Origin: Acholeplasmataceae bacterium
GTDB taxonomy: Bacteria; Bacillota_I; Bacilli_A; Acholeplasmatales; Acholeplasmataceae
Assembly: GCA_003497445.1 (NCBI GenBank)
Contig: DNNX01000067.1
Location: 1 to 26,512, forward strand
Direction: 5' to 3'
Length of the DNA: 26,512 nucleotides
In this document: positions 25,612 to 26,512 of the stretch, piece after piece
Position numbering within the stretch: position 1 is the first letter of the stretch
How the letters are laid out: each line of letters starts with the position of its first letter
Position numbers and translations under genes: made by a program
Notes under the pieces: generated by a model
Seen by the model: only the letters and a program-made list of their open reading frames with translations
What the model was told of the DNA's origin: nothing
Database searches by the model: none

Positions 25612-26357
25612 GATGGCATCACCATCCCTCCATCGACTACTAATGTTTGACCGGTCATATAATCTGATTGATTGGATGCAAGAAATAATGCAGCATTGGC
25701 AATATCTTTTACGTCACCCATACGTTTTAAAGGTATTTGTGAAAGTGCTTGTTCGATAATCTCTTGAGGCACTTTATCGGTCATTTCTGTTTTCGTAAAA
25801 CCAGGTGCAATTGCATTGACATTGATATTCCTTCCTCCAAGCTCTCTTGCAAGGGCTTTTGTTAAACCGATTACACCCGCTTTTGCAGCACTGTAATTTG
25901 TTTGTCCTGCATTTCCTAAAATCCCAGATACAGATGAAATATTAATAATTTTACCTTTTTCAGATTTTAATAATGGTTTTAATAGTGCTTGTGTAAGCAT
26001 CCAAACACCACGCAAATTGGTATTCACTACGTCATCAAATTGATCTAAGGACATTCTAAGCATCAATGTATCACGTGTAATACCAGCATTATTGACAAGA
26101 ATATCCAGTCCCCCAAATGTGTCTTGTACATGTTTCACAAGTGCTTGACAATCTTCTTGTTGACTGACATCTGCTTTGACTGTATGAACATGATACCCTT
26201 TTGCAGATAATATTTCAACGATGTCTAAGGCGGATGCCATATTTGATTTATAAGTGAATAATACGTGAGCACCTTCCTCAGCAAATCGTTCTACGATTGC
26301 TTTACCAATTCCTCTTGATCCTCCAGTAATGAGGACGCGTTTTTGATCAAGTAACAT
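25608..26357 (-). CDS. fabG: 3-oxoacyl-ACP reductase
   Basis: ITGGSRGIG, LVNNAGITRD, NAGQTNYSAAKAG, MTGQTLVVDGG; GGAGG RBS. Confidence 0.95.
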   Translation of the reverse strand: MLLDQKRVLITGGSRGIGKAIVERFAEEGAHVLFTYKSNMASALDIVEILSAKGYHVHTVKADVSQQEDCQALVKHVQDTFGGLDILVNNAGITRDTLMLRMSLDQFDDVVNTNLRGVWMLTQALLKPLLKSEKGKIINISSVSGILGNAGQTNYSAAKAGVIGLTKALARELGGRNINVNAIAPGFTKTEMTDKVPQEIIEQALSQIPLKRMGDVKDIANAALFLASNQSDYMTGQTLVVDGGMVMPS

Positions 26358-26360
26358 GCA

Positions 26361-26512
26361 TTATACCTCCAAAGATGATGCATTTGAATATGTTTGAACA
26401 GAAATGCCTTCAAATTGTTTGAATACTAATTGTGATAACACATTTCCAGGTCCAATTTCAATCAAATGGGTAAACCCAAGTGATTTTAATTGTTTGAAAA
26501 TGGATGTAAGTC
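26361..26512 (-). CDS. fabD: Malonyl-CoA:ACP transacylase, C-terminal fragment (5' part is off the window)
   Basis: Not in the ORF track; hand translation gives LTSIFKQLKSLGFTHLIEIGPGNVLSQLVFKQF...SLEV*, containing the FabD-type IEIGPG-VL motif, directly upstream of fabG. Confidence 0.8.
   Translation of the reverse strand, partial: LTSIFKQLKSLGFTHLIEIGPGNVLSQLVFKQFEGISVQTYSNASSLEV

Noticed and set aside
22265-25759. ORFs 22265-22447, 23110-23385, 23783-23974 and 25544-25759 (+)
   Set aside because: Antisense shadows of the trkA, birA and fab genes.
1-26512. CRISPR arrays, IS elements, prophage genes, rRNA, TGA-as-Trp recoding
   Set aside because: No regularly spaced repeats, transposase, integrase or phage motifs were seen. 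The long ORFs are intact under code 11 and several end in TGA.

Overview
AT-rich (roughly 30% GC by eye, not computed), gene-dense bacterial chromosome segment read with genetic code 11 (TGA is used as a stop). The style (sigma-A promoters, GGAGG ribosome-binding sites, many lipoproteins, type II fatty acid synthesis) fits a low-GC Bacillota genome. An Acholeplasmatales/Izemoplasmatales-like lineage is plausible but is inference only. In order, the window holds: a partial MacB-like fused ABC ATPase-permease; a HAD hydrolase; tmRNA (ssrA); a CotH-family kinase lipoprotein; trhO; htpG; a carbohydrate ABC importer operon; a PlsC-like acyltransferase; a histidine phosphatase; a PfkB kinase; an amylosucrase-like GH13; tRNA-Val(GAC); a response regulator-sensor kinase-CotH lipoprotein operon divergent from a beta-propeller lipoprotein; trkA-trkA-trkH; and fabD(partial)-fabG-fabF-fabZ-birA. 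I see no transposase, integrase, prophage, CRISPR array or rRNA. Most content is housekeeping or metabolic. The best candidates for an undescribed system are (i) the two-component/CotH/beta-propeller module, which has 11-bp-phased direct repeats in its divergent promoter region, and (ii) a probable LacI-type sugar regulon linking the ABC importer to an intracellular amylosucrase-like enzyme. Neither can be shown to be novel without database searches.
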